A stretch of DNA of 64,000 nucleotides from Candidatus Tepidifontimicrobium thermophilum (GTDB taxonomy: Bacteria; Sysuimicrobiota; Sysuimicrobiia; Sysuimicrobiales; Sysuimicrobiaceae): NCBI GenBank assembly GCA_031459915.1, contig JAVKHO010000002.1, forward strand, positions 102,597-166,596, written 5' to 3'. Positions 37,730-47,220 of the stretch are shown here, one piece after another; position 1 is the first letter of the stretch; each line of letters starts with the position of its first letter. The notes beneath the pieces were generated by a model. That model searched no databases and had not been told where the DNA came from. It was given only the letters and a program-made list of their open reading frames with translations. A program made the translations under genes and the position numbers.

Positions 37730-38392
37730 TCACCCGCGCGGGTGCTGGACCGCGCCGCGGACCCCGCGCTCAGGCCCCTCCGTGGGGGCCAACCACCGCC
37801 GCAGCGCCTCCAGGGCCCTGTGGTGCAGGCGGTACAGGTGGGACACGCTCACGCCCAGCTCCCGAGCCGCAGCCGCGGGGCTGCGCGGACGGAAGTAGAA
37901 GACCTCCACCACGGCCCGCTCGCGAGGAGGCAGCCGCTGCAGGCCCTCGGTCAGCTGTCCCGCCAGCACTGCATCCTCCACCGCATCCAAAGCCTCCTCT
38001 GCCGCGGCGTCCTCCAGACGGTCCAGACTGGCACCCGGCGCCTCCGGGGCGTCCAGGGAGTTCGCCCGCGCCCGCTCCCTCCGCAGGGCGTTCAACACGG
38101 CCCCACGGATCCGGTAAGCGGCGTAGGTGGAGAACCGGAAGCCCCGGGCCGGCTCGAACCGCTCCACCGCGTCGATGAGGCCCACGGTCCCCTCCTGGAT
38201 CATGTCCATGAGGTGGGCCTCCGGCAGCCCCATCCCCATCACCACCTTGAAGACGAGGGGCTGGTACGCCTCGATCAGGCGTGAGCGCGCCTGCCTGTCC
38301 TGCCTGCCCTTGTACCGCTCCCACAGCTCCCGCTCCTCACCGGGCGTGAGGGTCCGCACGCGTCGCAGCTCCCGGACGTACTCGTCGAACAC
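37730..38392 (-). CDS. Alternative sigma-70 factor (group 3, FliA/WhiG/SigK-like)
   Basis: Region 1.2 EYVRELRRVRTLTPGEE, region 2 DMIQEGTVGLIDAVERFEPARGFRFSTYA..RIRG and a region 4 HTH. Confidence 0.92.
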   Translation of the reverse strand: MFDEYVRELRRVRTLTPGEERELWERYKGRQDRQARSRLIEAYQPLVFKVVMGMGLPEAHLMDMIQEGTVGLIDAVERFEPARGFRFSTYAAYRIRGAVLNALRRERARANSLDAPEAPGASLDRLEDAAAEEALDAVEDAVLAGQLTEGLQRLPPRERAVVEVFYFRPRSPAAAARELGVSVSHLYRLHHRALEALRRWLAPTEGPERGVRGAVQHPRG

Positions 38393-38402
38393 CGCAACCT
38401 CC

Positions 38403-41400
38403 TCACCAGGTGAAGTTTGCCCGCAGCAGGATCATCCAGATCCCCGCGGTGTCGTGGCTGAACGCCAGCGCGTAGTGCCGGGCGAACCGGTACTCCAGCG
38501 CCCACAGGAACCGGGTCTCGGTGTCGAACACCGTGGTCAGGGTCAGGTACAGGTCTTGCAGCAGGAACCGGCCCAGCCGGAGCCGCAGAGGCTTTTCGAA
38601 GTCGTACTCGATTCGCAGCTCCGCCAGCCCCAGCAGGTGACGCACGCGCTGCTCGAACTCGCCCAGCAAGAAGCGCGCCAGCTGCTGTCGCAGCGCCGCT
38701 TCCACCTCCCCGCCCAGAGCCCGCTCGATGCCCGCCTGTGCCGCCAGTAACTGCACGATCCGGTCGTGGGGCAGTTCCGGGTCGCTGGTAAGCCGCACCT
38801 GCATCTGCCCGGGGGTGCCCGCTAGGTGCACGAACACCGTAACGTCGCCCACGCGGGTCCTGGCCCGCGCGCTCAGCACCGGCTCCGTGCCCCGGAATTC
38901 CTGGAACACCGCCACACCCTCCTCCACCACGAAGGTGGTGCCGAAAGCCCGGTACTCGCCCCCGCGGCCCGTGACGGTCCCCGAAAGCGCAGGGCCAGTT
39001 AGGCTCCCGCCCACGTGAAGCCCTCCACCGACCTGCAGCCGCACCGGGCCGGCCGCAACGGAGAGTCCCTGGCCCGCCACCAGCTCGAGGTCCAGGTCCA
39101 CGGGAAGGGCAGTGCCGCCCCCAGCCCCCGGCGACGCCGCCACCACCAGCTCCCCTGCCGACAGCGTCAGGCGGCCGCTGAGCCGCGCCCGCTGCAGCGT
39201 CCCCGTGACCTCCGCCGTGCCGTCCACAACCCCGCGGAAGTACGGGGGGATCTCCACCCGGGCGGACTGGGCAGAGGCCGTCAGCCGGTATCGCTGCAAC
39301 CGCAGGCCTTCGAATCCGGCATCCCCGGTGGCCTCCACCACCCCTCCTCCCAGCCCCGCCCGCAGCTGCCGCAGCGTCGCGGCCGCGTGGTCGAAGCCTA
39401 TGTCTACCTGCAGGTCCTCCAAGGCGGGGTTCACGCCCGCGACCTTCACCCGCCCGCCCCGCGCCCGGACGAAACCCTCCAGCTGCGGGGAAGATACCGT
39501 GCCCGTGATCCTGAGGCTGGCCTCCAGGGGCCCGTCCGCGGATTCCACGAACGGCAACAGGCGCAGGATCCCCAAATCCGCGCGCTCCGTGCTGGCCACG
39601 AAGTCCACGGGCCCCTGAGGGTCCGCTGCCAGCTCCCGCAGCCGGAGCGGCAACCGGCCCCGGGCCCGGACCCGTTGCCCGTCCTCTTCCAGCAGCAGCT
39701 GCTCCAGTTCGAGGAACCCGTCCCGGTAGATGGCCTGGGCCGTGAGCCGGTCCGCCTGCGCGCCTGCGGCGCCCACGTCCCGGGCCTCCAGGGCCAGACC
39801 CGCGGTGGGGCTCTCCAGGGTCCCCGACAGCTGCAGGGTAAAGTCCACGGTGCCCACCAGGGGCGTCCGCAGACGCGCCAGGGTGGACACCGCAGCCGCT
39901 TCCAGACCGAGGCCGGCCACCTCCACCTCACTCGGCCCGCGCAGGCTCACGTAACCCTCCGCCCGCAGCCGCCCGCGGCCTGCCACCAGCTCCACGTCCT
40001 CCAGCGACACCCGCCCGTCCTCCAGCACTAGCCGGCCGGCCCCCTCAGAAAACCGGTAACCTCGGAAAGCCCCACCCGCCAGCTGCACGTCCAGCTCGGC
40101 CCTGGGACGCGACAGCGGACCCGACAGGACCAGACGGCCCGACAGCCTGCCGTCTGCGTCCGCCGACACCCCCGCCACTCCCAACAGGGTGAGCAGGTCT
40201 GCGTCCCGGACGTCCAGCGCCAAGTCGGCGACCGGGTCGTCCGCGAGCTGCAGCCGGCCTTCCAGGACGTAGGTGGCCAGGCGGCGGCGCAAGCGCAGCG
40301 GCGCCGCCTCCAGGGTCCCGCTGGCCCACCGCACCACTCCTTCCACGCCGTCGAAGACCTCCCCGTTCACCCTCAACCGGGTGCCGGTCACCTCCGCGCG
40401 GACCACCGGCTCGTGGGACCTTCCCGTGACCTCGCCCCGAACGCGCACCGCGCCCTGGAGGTGCAGGATCGGGTTCTGCAGCTGCCGGAGGGCTTCCAGC
40501 CGGACTGCGTCCGCGGAGAAGCTCAGCCGCAGGTCGCCGGAGGCGGTCACCGCTCCCCGCAGCCGGGCGTCGAAGGCCGCGGAGTGCAGCTCCGCCTCCT
40601 GCACGGACAGCACACCGGCCTGCCATTGGAAACGGCCGCCTGCCCGTTGGAACACCACCTCCGGCGTGCGCAGGTCCCACAGCTGCAGGGCTCCCTGAAG
40701 CACGGGTGCTCGCACCGTCCCCGCCCCCTCCACCGACCCACGCAGCTCGCCGCTCACGGGCAGCGAGACCTCTGCCAGCTGCAGGAGGCGCTCCACGCGG
40801 GCTCCGGGGGTGTGCAGCTGAAACCTCAGGCTCGTGTCCTGCAGGCCCACTCGGCCCCACGCCCGGTAGGTGTCTTGGCGGTCCTGCCAGCGCAGGTCCC
40901 TCACCCACAGGACGTCCCGCGACGCGTCCACCTGCAGCACTGCCTCGTCCCACCGCAGGGGTCCCACGGCCCCCTGCTGCAGCCGGGCGGTGGCGGAAAG
41001 GCGGGGAGCACGCGGGGAGCCGGTGAGGTGGCCTGTGGCGTCCACCGTACCGGAGGTGGGTACCGCGACACCCGCCGCACGTCCCACGTCCTCCAGGCGA
41101 AGGCCTGCCGTGGCAACTTGTAAGTCCAGGGCGTCTTGCGTCACGTAACCCCACGCGGACACCTCCGCCCCGGCCCGCCGCGCGCGGGCTGCGTGCAGCT
41201 TGAGCCGACCGTCCCCGTACTCGAAAGCGGAAGTCCAGCTGTCCACCCGCTGCCCGAAGAGCTGGCCGGGCCCGCCCCGCAACAGCCCGGCCACGACCGG
41301 ATCGCGCACCGGGCCCGCCACCACCACCGCCCCTGTGAGCGGCCCCTGCACCGGCAGCGCAACCCCCAGGAGTCCGGCCATGGATCCGTCCACGCCCTCC

Positions 41401-42677
41401 AAGCGGGCGGAGGCCACCAACCGGTACGGCTCGTCCAGCGCCACCACCGCGTCCGCGCGCACCCTGCCGCCGTGCAGGCGGCCAGAAGCAGACGCCACGG
41501 ACAGCGTCCCGGGCCGGTAGTCCACCTGCGCCGTCACGTCCTGGACGGGCTCCCGTCCCACCAGGACGCGTGGCGCGGCGAGCTGGGCCCGCACCCGCAC
41601 CGCCGCCAGCGGACCCTCCACCCGCGCGCGTCCTGACACCGGTCCCCGGACGGGAAAGGCGGCGCCCACGAGCCGGCGCCACCGGAAGGGGTCCGCGCCG
41701 CGGAAACGCAGGTCCAGGTCCACCGCACCCCCGCCGGCCAGCCGGAGCTCGCCGGACACGTGCACCGTGGCGGACCCCACACGTAGCCGGACGGAGCGGA
41801 GGGTGACCCAGGAGCCCGCCACACGCACCTCTCCGGCAATGTCCTGGACCTTCAACCGCTGCTGGGGCAGGAATACCGCCGCTTTTTCCACCCGCACATC
41901 CGCCGCCACCTGAGGGCTGCGGGTACTCCCGTAAATCCGTGCGCGTCCGCCCAGCACCCCCGCCTCCCACCGCCACCGCGGGTCGGCGACGAGGTAGTTG
42001 GCCCACGCGGTCGTAGCAAGGCCTTCGAAGCGCAGCGCCAGGTCGAGCATCCCCTGCTGCCCGTCCACCCACCCCGAGACCTCCACCTGGCCCGGCACCC
42101 CCGGAGCGACTCGCGCGGCGAGCCGGACCCGCACCAGGGGCAGATCCACCAGGCGCACGCTCCCCTCGATCCCGGTCATGGTGGCGCGGAAACCGCCCGC
42201 GGCCAGGTCCAACAGCTGCACGGAGCCCCCGGCCACGTGCACTTCCGCGCGCGCCCGCTCCGCCGGGGCTGCTCCGTGCGCGGGAGGGCGGACCAGCTGC
42301 TCGATGTTCCACCGACCCTGTGGGCCCCGCACCACCACCAGGACCGGCCTCACCAACCCGACGCGCCGGAACGCCTGAACCCCGCTACGACCCGCTAGCC
42401 TTTCCCGCACCATCAGGATCGGATCCCACTCCACCCACACCTCGTCCGCCCGCAGCAAGCCTGCGACCCGCACGTGGTAGAAGGTGACCTGGCCGGCCCG
42501 CACCTGCACCCGCGCCAGCGAAACTGGCCGTCCGAGTTGCTCTGCGAGCCAACGGGAAACCACCTCCGCGCCGTAGCGCTCGAAGGCCGCTGACCGCACC
42601 GCCGCCAGGCCTCCCACCCCGAGGGCCAGAAGCGCCACCAGGAATGCCGCGAGCCCACCCCACAGCCGCGGCATCAC
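38403..42677 (-). CDS. tamB: TamB/AsmA-like translocation and assembly module protein
   Basis: 1424 aa, N-terminal TM, WNIEQL AsmA motif, repeated beta-taco segments and DUF490-like end LTSDPEL. Confidence 0.88.
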   Translation of the reverse strand: MMPRLWGGLAAFLVALLALGVGGLAAVRSAAFERYGAEVVSRWLAEQLGRPVSLARVQVRAGQVTFYHVRVAGLLRADEVWVEWDPILMVRERLAGRSGVQAFRRVGLVRPVLVVVRGPQGRWNIEQLVRPPAHGAAPAERARAEVHVAGGSVQLLDLAAGGFRATMTGIEGSVRLVDLPLVRVRLAARVAPGVPGQVEVSGWVDGQQGMLDLALRFEGLATTAWANYLVADPRWRWEAGVLGGRARIYGSTRSPQVAADVRVEKAAVFLPQQRLKVQDIAGEVRVAGSWVTLRSVRLRVGSATVHVSGELRLAGGGAVDLDLRFRGADPFRWRRLVGAAFPVRGPVSGRARVEGPLAAVRVRAQLAAPRVLVGREPVQDVTAQVDYRPGTLSVASASGRLHGGRVRADAVVALDEPYRLVASARLEGVDGSMAGLLGVALPVQGPLTGAVVVAGPVRDPVVAGLLRGGPGQLFGQRVDSWTSAFEYGDGRLKLHAARARRAGAEVSAWGYVTQDALDLQVATAGLRLEDVGRAAGVAVPTSGTVDATGHLTGSPRAPRLSATARLQQGAVGPLRWDEAVLQVDASRDVLWVRDLRWQDRQDTYRAWGRVGLQDTSLRFQLHTPGARVERLLQLAEVSLPVSGELRGSVEGAGTVRAPVLQGALQLWDLRTPEVVFQRAGGRFQWQAGVLSVQEAELHSAAFDARLRGAVTASGDLRLSFSADAVRLEALRQLQNPILHLQGAVRVRGEVTGRSHEPVVRAEVTGTRLRVNGEVFDGVEGVVRWASGTLEAAPLRLRRRLATYVLEGRLQLADDPVADLALDVRDADLLTLLGVAGVSADADGRLSGRLVLSGPLSRPRAELDVQLAGGAFRGYRFSEGAGRLVLEDGRVSLEDVELVAGRGRLRAEGYVSLRGPSEVEVAGLGLEAAAVSTLARLRTPLVGTVDFTLQLSGTLESPTAGLALEARDVGAAGAQADRLTAQAIYRDGFLELEQLLLEEDGQRVRARGRLPLRLRELAADPQGPVDFVASTERADLGILRLLPFVESADGPLEASLRITGTVSSPQLEGFVRARGGRVKVAGVNPALEDLQVDIGFDHAAATLRQLRAGLGGGVVEATGDAGFEGLRLQRYRLTASAQSARVEIPPYFRGVVDGTAEVTGTLQRARLSGRLTLSAGELVVAASPGAGGGTALPVDLDLELVAGQGLSVAAGPVRLQVGGGLHVGGSLTGPALSGTVTGRGGEYRAFGTTFVVEEGVAVFQEFRGTEPVLSARARTRVGDVTVFVHLAGTPGQMQVRLTSDPELPHDRIVQLLAAQAGIERALGGEVEAALRQQLARFLLGEFEQRVRHLLGLAELRIEYDFEKPLRLRLGRFLLQDLYLTLTTVFDTETRFLWALEYRFARHYALAFSHDTAGIWMILLRANFTW

Positions 42678-42729
42678 GGGAGGCCACCTCCCTCCGCGCG
42701 CCGGAAAGCCTCGAAGCCGGTCCGCGGGG

Positions 42730-44514
42730 CTACTCCACTACGATGGGGACGACCTGCTCGCCCTTGACCACCCACTGCGTCCGCACCAGCCGTCCGGCGA
42801 ACTCGTCAAAGTAGATGAACCGCTTCTGCGGGTCGTCGCTGGGTGGGACGCCCACGGGCACCAGCTGCAGCAGCACGTCGGTGTTGCGGCCGAAGTCCTC
42901 GAAGAACTCCAGAGCCTCCCGCAGGTCCCGGAAGGTGGAGGCGGGTGGTTCGCCCGCGAGCTTGTCCGCGAGCAGGGCCGCGGGGGGGACGTTGTCCCGC
43001 TGGATCCCCGCGCTGCCCACCACCAGCAGGGCGGGCCCGCGTGGGAAGTTCCTCGGGATCTCGATCTCCACCACCCGCGACACCGGTTCGCCTCCCTGGA
43101 ACGGGCGCATCTGCAGGCGCACACGGAGGCGGCCGCCCTGGGTGACGGTCCGGCTGGCCACCTCCGCCTCCACCAGGGACACGGTACGGCGCTCCCGGCT
43201 CAACCGGACGTCCACCTGCAGGTCCACGGGGTCCACGGGGCCGAACTCGTTACCGAACAGGAAGCGCACCGCGTCGGGCACGTCCAGCACCGCCGCCGTC
43301 GCCACGTCCTGCGCGCTGTAGAACACGTTGGTGCGTTCCACAGGCCGCGGCAACCCTGCCCCGCGGGCGGTGATCCGCACCTCCGCGGTCCCGGCCCCGG
43401 ACCCGTCCCACGCTTGCTCCACCGCCGCCAGCACCACCTGCGGGATCAGGGTCTGGGCCAGGTCGGCCCTGCGCACCATCTGCGCTCCGCGGCGTACCGT
43501 GCGTCCGCGCTCCCGGTCGGTGACGGTCACCGTCACGTTGAACACCCGCGGGAGCCGGTCCAGGGTCCCGGCGATCCCGGCCACTCGGTCCTGGGTCACG
43601 GTCCCCACGGGCTCGCCGACTTCCCCCTCTTTGAAGGGGAACTCGGTACTGCGCACCACCGTGTGCACGTAGGCGCTCGTGAGCAGGAAGTCCACCGCCC
43701 CGAACCCGAACAGCCGGTGGCCGAAAGCCAGGAACCGGTTGCCCCTACGGTACGACAGGGTCCCGATGCTCCACACGTTCACGTCCCCACGGACCAGCAC
43801 CACGCCCACCGCGCTGCCGGGGACCAGGGGTGGCGTGGGGAAACGCCCCACGCCGCCATAACTCTGCACCGGTACCACGTCTGCGTGACGGAGCGTACGC
43901 TGCAGGAGGCGGAAAGCCCGGTCGCTGATCCCGGAGACCAGCAGGGGGCTCGCCGCGGGGACGAAGGTGGCTACAGGGCCCCTCTGCGCCTCGGATCCCC
44001 CTGCTCGGTCGGAGATCTCCACCGCCCGGACCCAGCGGCCCCCGATCCACAGGGGCTGCGGCAGCGCCAACACCCCGCTGGCGGGTCGCTGCGCGCGGTC
44101 TTCCCGCAGCAGGGCCAGCATGGCCTCCGCGGGCGTGAACAGCCCCAGGTCGCTGTCCGGACCCGCGGAGCGGTAGCCGTAGGACAGCGCCCCCGCGAAC
44201 CGGCCGTCGATGTACATGGGGCTTCCGCTCATGCCCGAGGCGGTACCGCCGCTGCGCCGGATGGCCGGACCCGAGGCACGGAACAGCACCAGACGCCCCG
44301 GCGGGCCCTCCGTCAAGCCCAGCACTTCGAACTGAAACTCCTCCACCCGGGTTCCCTGCACCACGGTCCGGCCCACGCCGCGCATCCCGGGCCGGATCCG
44401 GCTCAAGGGGAAGACCTCCGCCTCGTCCTGAGCCCACGACTGCAGCCCGGGGAGGGTGGTGGCCGCTACGACAAGCACTACGGCCCCGACGACCCACCTT
44501 CGCATGCGGTGCAC
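42730..44514 (-). CDS. SpoIVB-like peptidase S55 domain secreted protein
   Basis: Signal peptide, PGMRGVGRTV, catalytic-Ser motif SGMSGSPMY, GTLS..LAFGH and QDRVAGI. Confidence 0.87.
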   Translation of the reverse strand: MHRMRRWVVGAVVLVVAATTLPGLQSWAQDEAEVFPLSRIRPGMRGVGRTVVQGTRVEEFQFEVLGLTEGPPGRLVLFRASGPAIRRSGGTASGMSGSPMYIDGRFAGALSYGYRSAGPDSDLGLFTPAEAMLALLREDRAQRPASGVLALPQPLWIGGRWVRAVEISDRAGGSEAQRGPVATFVPAASPLLVSGISDRAFRLLQRTLRHADVVPVQSYGGVGRFPTPPLVPGSAVGVVLVRGDVNVWSIGTLSYRRGNRFLAFGHRLFGFGAVDFLLTSAYVHTVVRSTEFPFKEGEVGEPVGTVTQDRVAGIAGTLDRLPRVFNVTVTVTDRERGRTVRRGAQMVRRADLAQTLIPQVVLAAVEQAWDGSGAGTAEVRITARGAGLPRPVERTNVFYSAQDVATAAVLDVPDAVRFLFGNEFGPVDPVDLQVDVRLSRERRTVSLVEAEVASRTVTQGGRLRVRLQMRPFQGGEPVSRVVEIEIPRNFPRGPALLVVGSAGIQRDNVPPAALLADKLAGEPPASTFRDLREALEFFEDFGRNTDVLLQLVPVGVPPSDDPQKRFIYFDEFAGRLVRTQWVVKGEQVVPIVVE

Positions 44515-44613
44515 CTCGGTACGAGTCTACGACCCATCCTATCAGAGAGCCCCAAGGCCGCGACTTGCTTGCGGGGGTGTAAGCGTGGGGAGTCGGACGG
44601 ATGGCCCGGCCGG

Positions 44614-44901
44614 TCAGGGCCCCAGCCGCACCACGGGGTCTCCTACCCGGATCCTGGCTCCCACCTGGACCAGCACCTCCACCACCGTGCCGCTCCGCGG
44701 CGCCCGGGCAGCCACTTCCCGGGGCTTGGTGGCAGTCCGCACCCAGACCAGGGGAGCCCCTTCCTCCACCGCGTCGCCCGTGCGCACCGTCTCGACCACC
44801 ACGCCGCCCACGGTCGCGCGGACCACCTCCGGCTCGCTGACCGCGGCGACGAGCAGCAGACTCGCCACCAGAACCGCGACGGCACGCATCCTCACCCTCA
44901 T
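44614..44901 (-). CDS. Small exported biotinyl/lipoyl-fold protein
   Basis: Signal peptide, VRTGDAVEEGAPLV and APRSGTVVEVLVQVG..GDPVV; no MKM motif. Confidence 0.75.
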   Translation of the reverse strand: MRVRMRAVAVLVASLLLVAAVSEPEVVRATVGGVVVETVRTGDAVEEGAPLVWVRTATKPREVAARAPRSGTVVEVLVQVGARIRVGDPVVRLGP

Positions 44902-46079
44902 CCTATCCCGTCTACGCGGAAGGGGGCTTGCGGGTTCGCGGGCTGGAACGGCTCCGGCAGCTCGTCCGACAGTCCAAAGTACACCCGCAGGATCTGCACG
45001 ATGCGCCAGGCGGCGCGGCCGTCACCGTACGGGTTGGTGGCCGCAGCCATGGACCGGTACGCCTCGGGGTCCTCCAACAGCCGCGCGACCTCCGCCACCA
45101 CCCGCTTGCGGTCCGTGCCCACCAGCCGGACGACTCCTGCGGCCACCCCTTCCGGCCTTTCGGTGGTGTCCCGCAGCACCAACACCGGCGTACCCAACCC
45201 TGGCGCTTCTTCCTGAACCCCCCCGGAGTCCGTGAGGATGAGGTAGGCCCTGCGTTCCAGGTACACGAACGGACCGTAGTCAGGAGGATCCAGCAGGTGC
45301 ACCCGCGGGACGCCCTCCAACGCCGGGATGACCACTTCCCGCACCGCAGGGTTACGGTGCACGGGGAACACCACCTCCACGTCGGGGAAGCGCAACACCA
45401 GATCCCGGATCGCCTGGCACACCTCCCGCAGCGGTTCACCCCAGTTCTCCCGGCGGTGCGCGGTGACCAGCAACAGCCGCCTGCGCGGATCCAGCTCGGG
45501 AAGACCATCCGGCCGGACCCGGGGTCCGATGGCATGCAGGGCGTCGATGACGGTGTTGCCGGTGACGTAGATGGAGGACGGATCGCACCCCTCCCGGAGG
45601 AGGTTGTCCCGGGCCCACGGGGTCGGAGCGAAGTGCAGGTCCGCCAGCGCGGCGGTCATCCGCCGGTACAGCTCCTCCGGAAAGGGGCGGTACTTGTCCC
45701 GGGTGCGCAGCCCGGCCTCCACGTGGCCCACGGGGATCCGGTGGTAGTAGGCGGCCAGGGCCCCGCAGAAGCAGGGCGCCGCGTCGCCCTGGACCAGCAC
45801 CAGGGCGGGACGGATGCGTGCCAGCACCCGGTCCAGCCCCTCCAGGGTCCGGGTGGTGACCTCCGCCAGGGTCTGCCGCGGCCGCATCACGTCCAGGTCC
45901 ACGTCCGGTTCCAGGTCAAACAGGCGCAGGACCTGGTCCAGCATCTCCCGGTGTTGGGCGGTGGCCACCAACACGGGGCGGAAGTCCGGGTCCTGCTGCA
46001 GGGCCTTGACCACGGGCGCCATCTTCACGGCGTCCGGGCGAGTGCCCACCACCGCAAGGACGGGGACCGGCCCCCTCAC
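44898..46079 (-). CDS. wecB: UDP-GlcNAc 2-epimerase (non-hydrolysing)
   Basis: GTRPDAVKMAP, GHVEAGLRT, TAHRREN, TDSGGVQEEAP and NPYGDG. Confidence 0.96.
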   Translation of the reverse strand: MRGPVPVLAVVGTRPDAVKMAPVVKALQQDPDFRPVLVATAQHREMLDQVLRLFDLEPDVDLDVMRPRQTLAEVTTRTLEGLDRVLARIRPALVLVQGDAAPCFCGALAAYYHRIPVGHVEAGLRTRDKYRPFPEELYRRMTAALADLHFAPTPWARDNLLREGCDPSSIYVTGNTVIDALHAIGPRVRPDGLPELDPRRRLLLVTAHRRENWGEPLREVCQAIRDLVLRFPDVEVVFPVHRNPAVREVVIPALEGVPRVHLLDPPDYGPFVYLERRAYLILTDSGGVQEEAPGLGTPVLVLRDTTERPEGVAAGVVRLVGTDRKRVVAEVARLLEDPEAYRSMAAATNPYGDGRAAWRIVQILRVYFGLSDELPEPFQPANPQAPFRVDGIG

Positions 46080-47170
46080 GGCGTCCGCGCCAGCAGCCCG
46101 AGCCGGCGGGCCACCACCCACAGAGCGCCCCCCAGCAACGCGGCCACGGACAGCGGGATCCACCGGTCCAGCCAGCCCGACAGGGCCAGACTGAGGCTGG
46201 AGAGTAGGGCCGTGGTCCCGTACAGGAGCAGCACCGCCTGCCGCTGCGAAAGGCCCCGGTCCAGAAGCCGGTGGTGCACGTGGCCGCGGTCCGGCTGGAA
46301 CACCGAGACCCGGCGGCGCAGCCGCCGGAGGATCGCGAAGGCGGTGTCGAAGATGGGGACGCCCATCGCCAGTAGCGGCACCGCCAGCGACAGCGCCGTC
46401 AGCGTCTTGAACAGCCCGGCCACAGACAGGGCTCCCAGCAGGTAGCCGAGAAACAGGGCACCGCTATCGCCCATGATCACCCGCGCCGGGTTGAAGTTGT
46501 AGCGCAGAAAGCCCACCGCGCTGCCGGCCACCGCCGCGCACAGCACCAGGGTGGGCAGCCCTGCGCCCCGCAGCATCCCCGCTACGAAGAAGGTCCCCGC
46601 CACGATGGCCGCAATGCCCGCGGCCAGCCCGTCCACGCCGTCGATGGAGTTCATGGCGATGGCCGCGGACCCCACCCACACGGCGGTGAACACCTGCCCC
46701 CACAGGCCCAGGGCCACCAGCTGGCCCGTCACGGGGTTGGTAACGAAGGGCGTGGTGAGCCCGAACAGGACGGGCAACGCTGCGCAGAGATAGATGAGGG
46801 GGAACTTCACCCGCCCGGACACCTGCCGGAGGTCGTCGTACAGCCCCACCAGTGCCACGGCCATCCCGCCCAGCAGGATCCCCCAGAACTCCCGGGGGGC
46901 TGCGCCGTAGGGGACCGCCAGAACCAGGTGCCGAGGTTCCCGTACCACTGCCACCGGGCCCGGCATCTGCAAGGCCACCGCCGCACCCAGGAGCACCCCC
47001 AAGGCGATGGCCACCCCGCCGAGGCGGGGCAGGGGTCGGCGGTTGATGCGCCGCCCGCCGGGGTAGTCCACGGCACCCACCCGGCGGGCGAGCCAACGGG
47101 CCGTGGGCGTGGTCCAGTACGTGACGAACCACGCCAGCAACGCCGCGACCGCGTAGGGCGGAACGAACAT
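46076..47170 (-). CDS. WecA/TagO-type undecaprenyl-phosphate GlcNAc-1-phosphate transferase
   Basis: PRLGG, GLYDD, NSIDGVDGLA, NFNPARVIMGDSG and DRGHVHHRL. Confidence 0.92.
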   Translation of the reverse strand: MFVPPYAVAALLAWFVTYWTTPTARWLARRVGAVDYPGGRRINRRPLPRLGGVAIALGVLLGAAVALQMPGPVAVVREPRHLVLAVPYGAAPREFWGILLGGMAVALVGLYDDLRQVSGRVKFPLIYLCAALPVLFGLTTPFVTNPVTGQLVALGLWGQVFTAVWVGSAAIAMNSIDGVDGLAAGIAAIVAGTFFVAGMLRGAGLPTLVLCAAVAGSAVGFLRYNFNPARVIMGDSGALFLGYLLGALSVAGLFKTLTALSLAVPLLAMGVPIFDTAFAILRRLRRRVSVFQPDRGHVHHRLLDRGLSQRQAVLLLYGTTALLSSLSLALSGWLDRWIPLSVAALLGGALWVVARRLGLLARTP

Positions 47171-47220
47171 GGGCTCCGGGCACAGTATAGGGCAGCGGGG
47201 GTAGCCCTGGGGGGCCGGGC

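Noticed and set aside
37730..44514. Sigma and SpoIVB-like genes as evidence of sporulation or flagellar regulation
   Set aside because: No spo or flagellar genes are nearby, and the context is entirely outer-membrane biogenesis.
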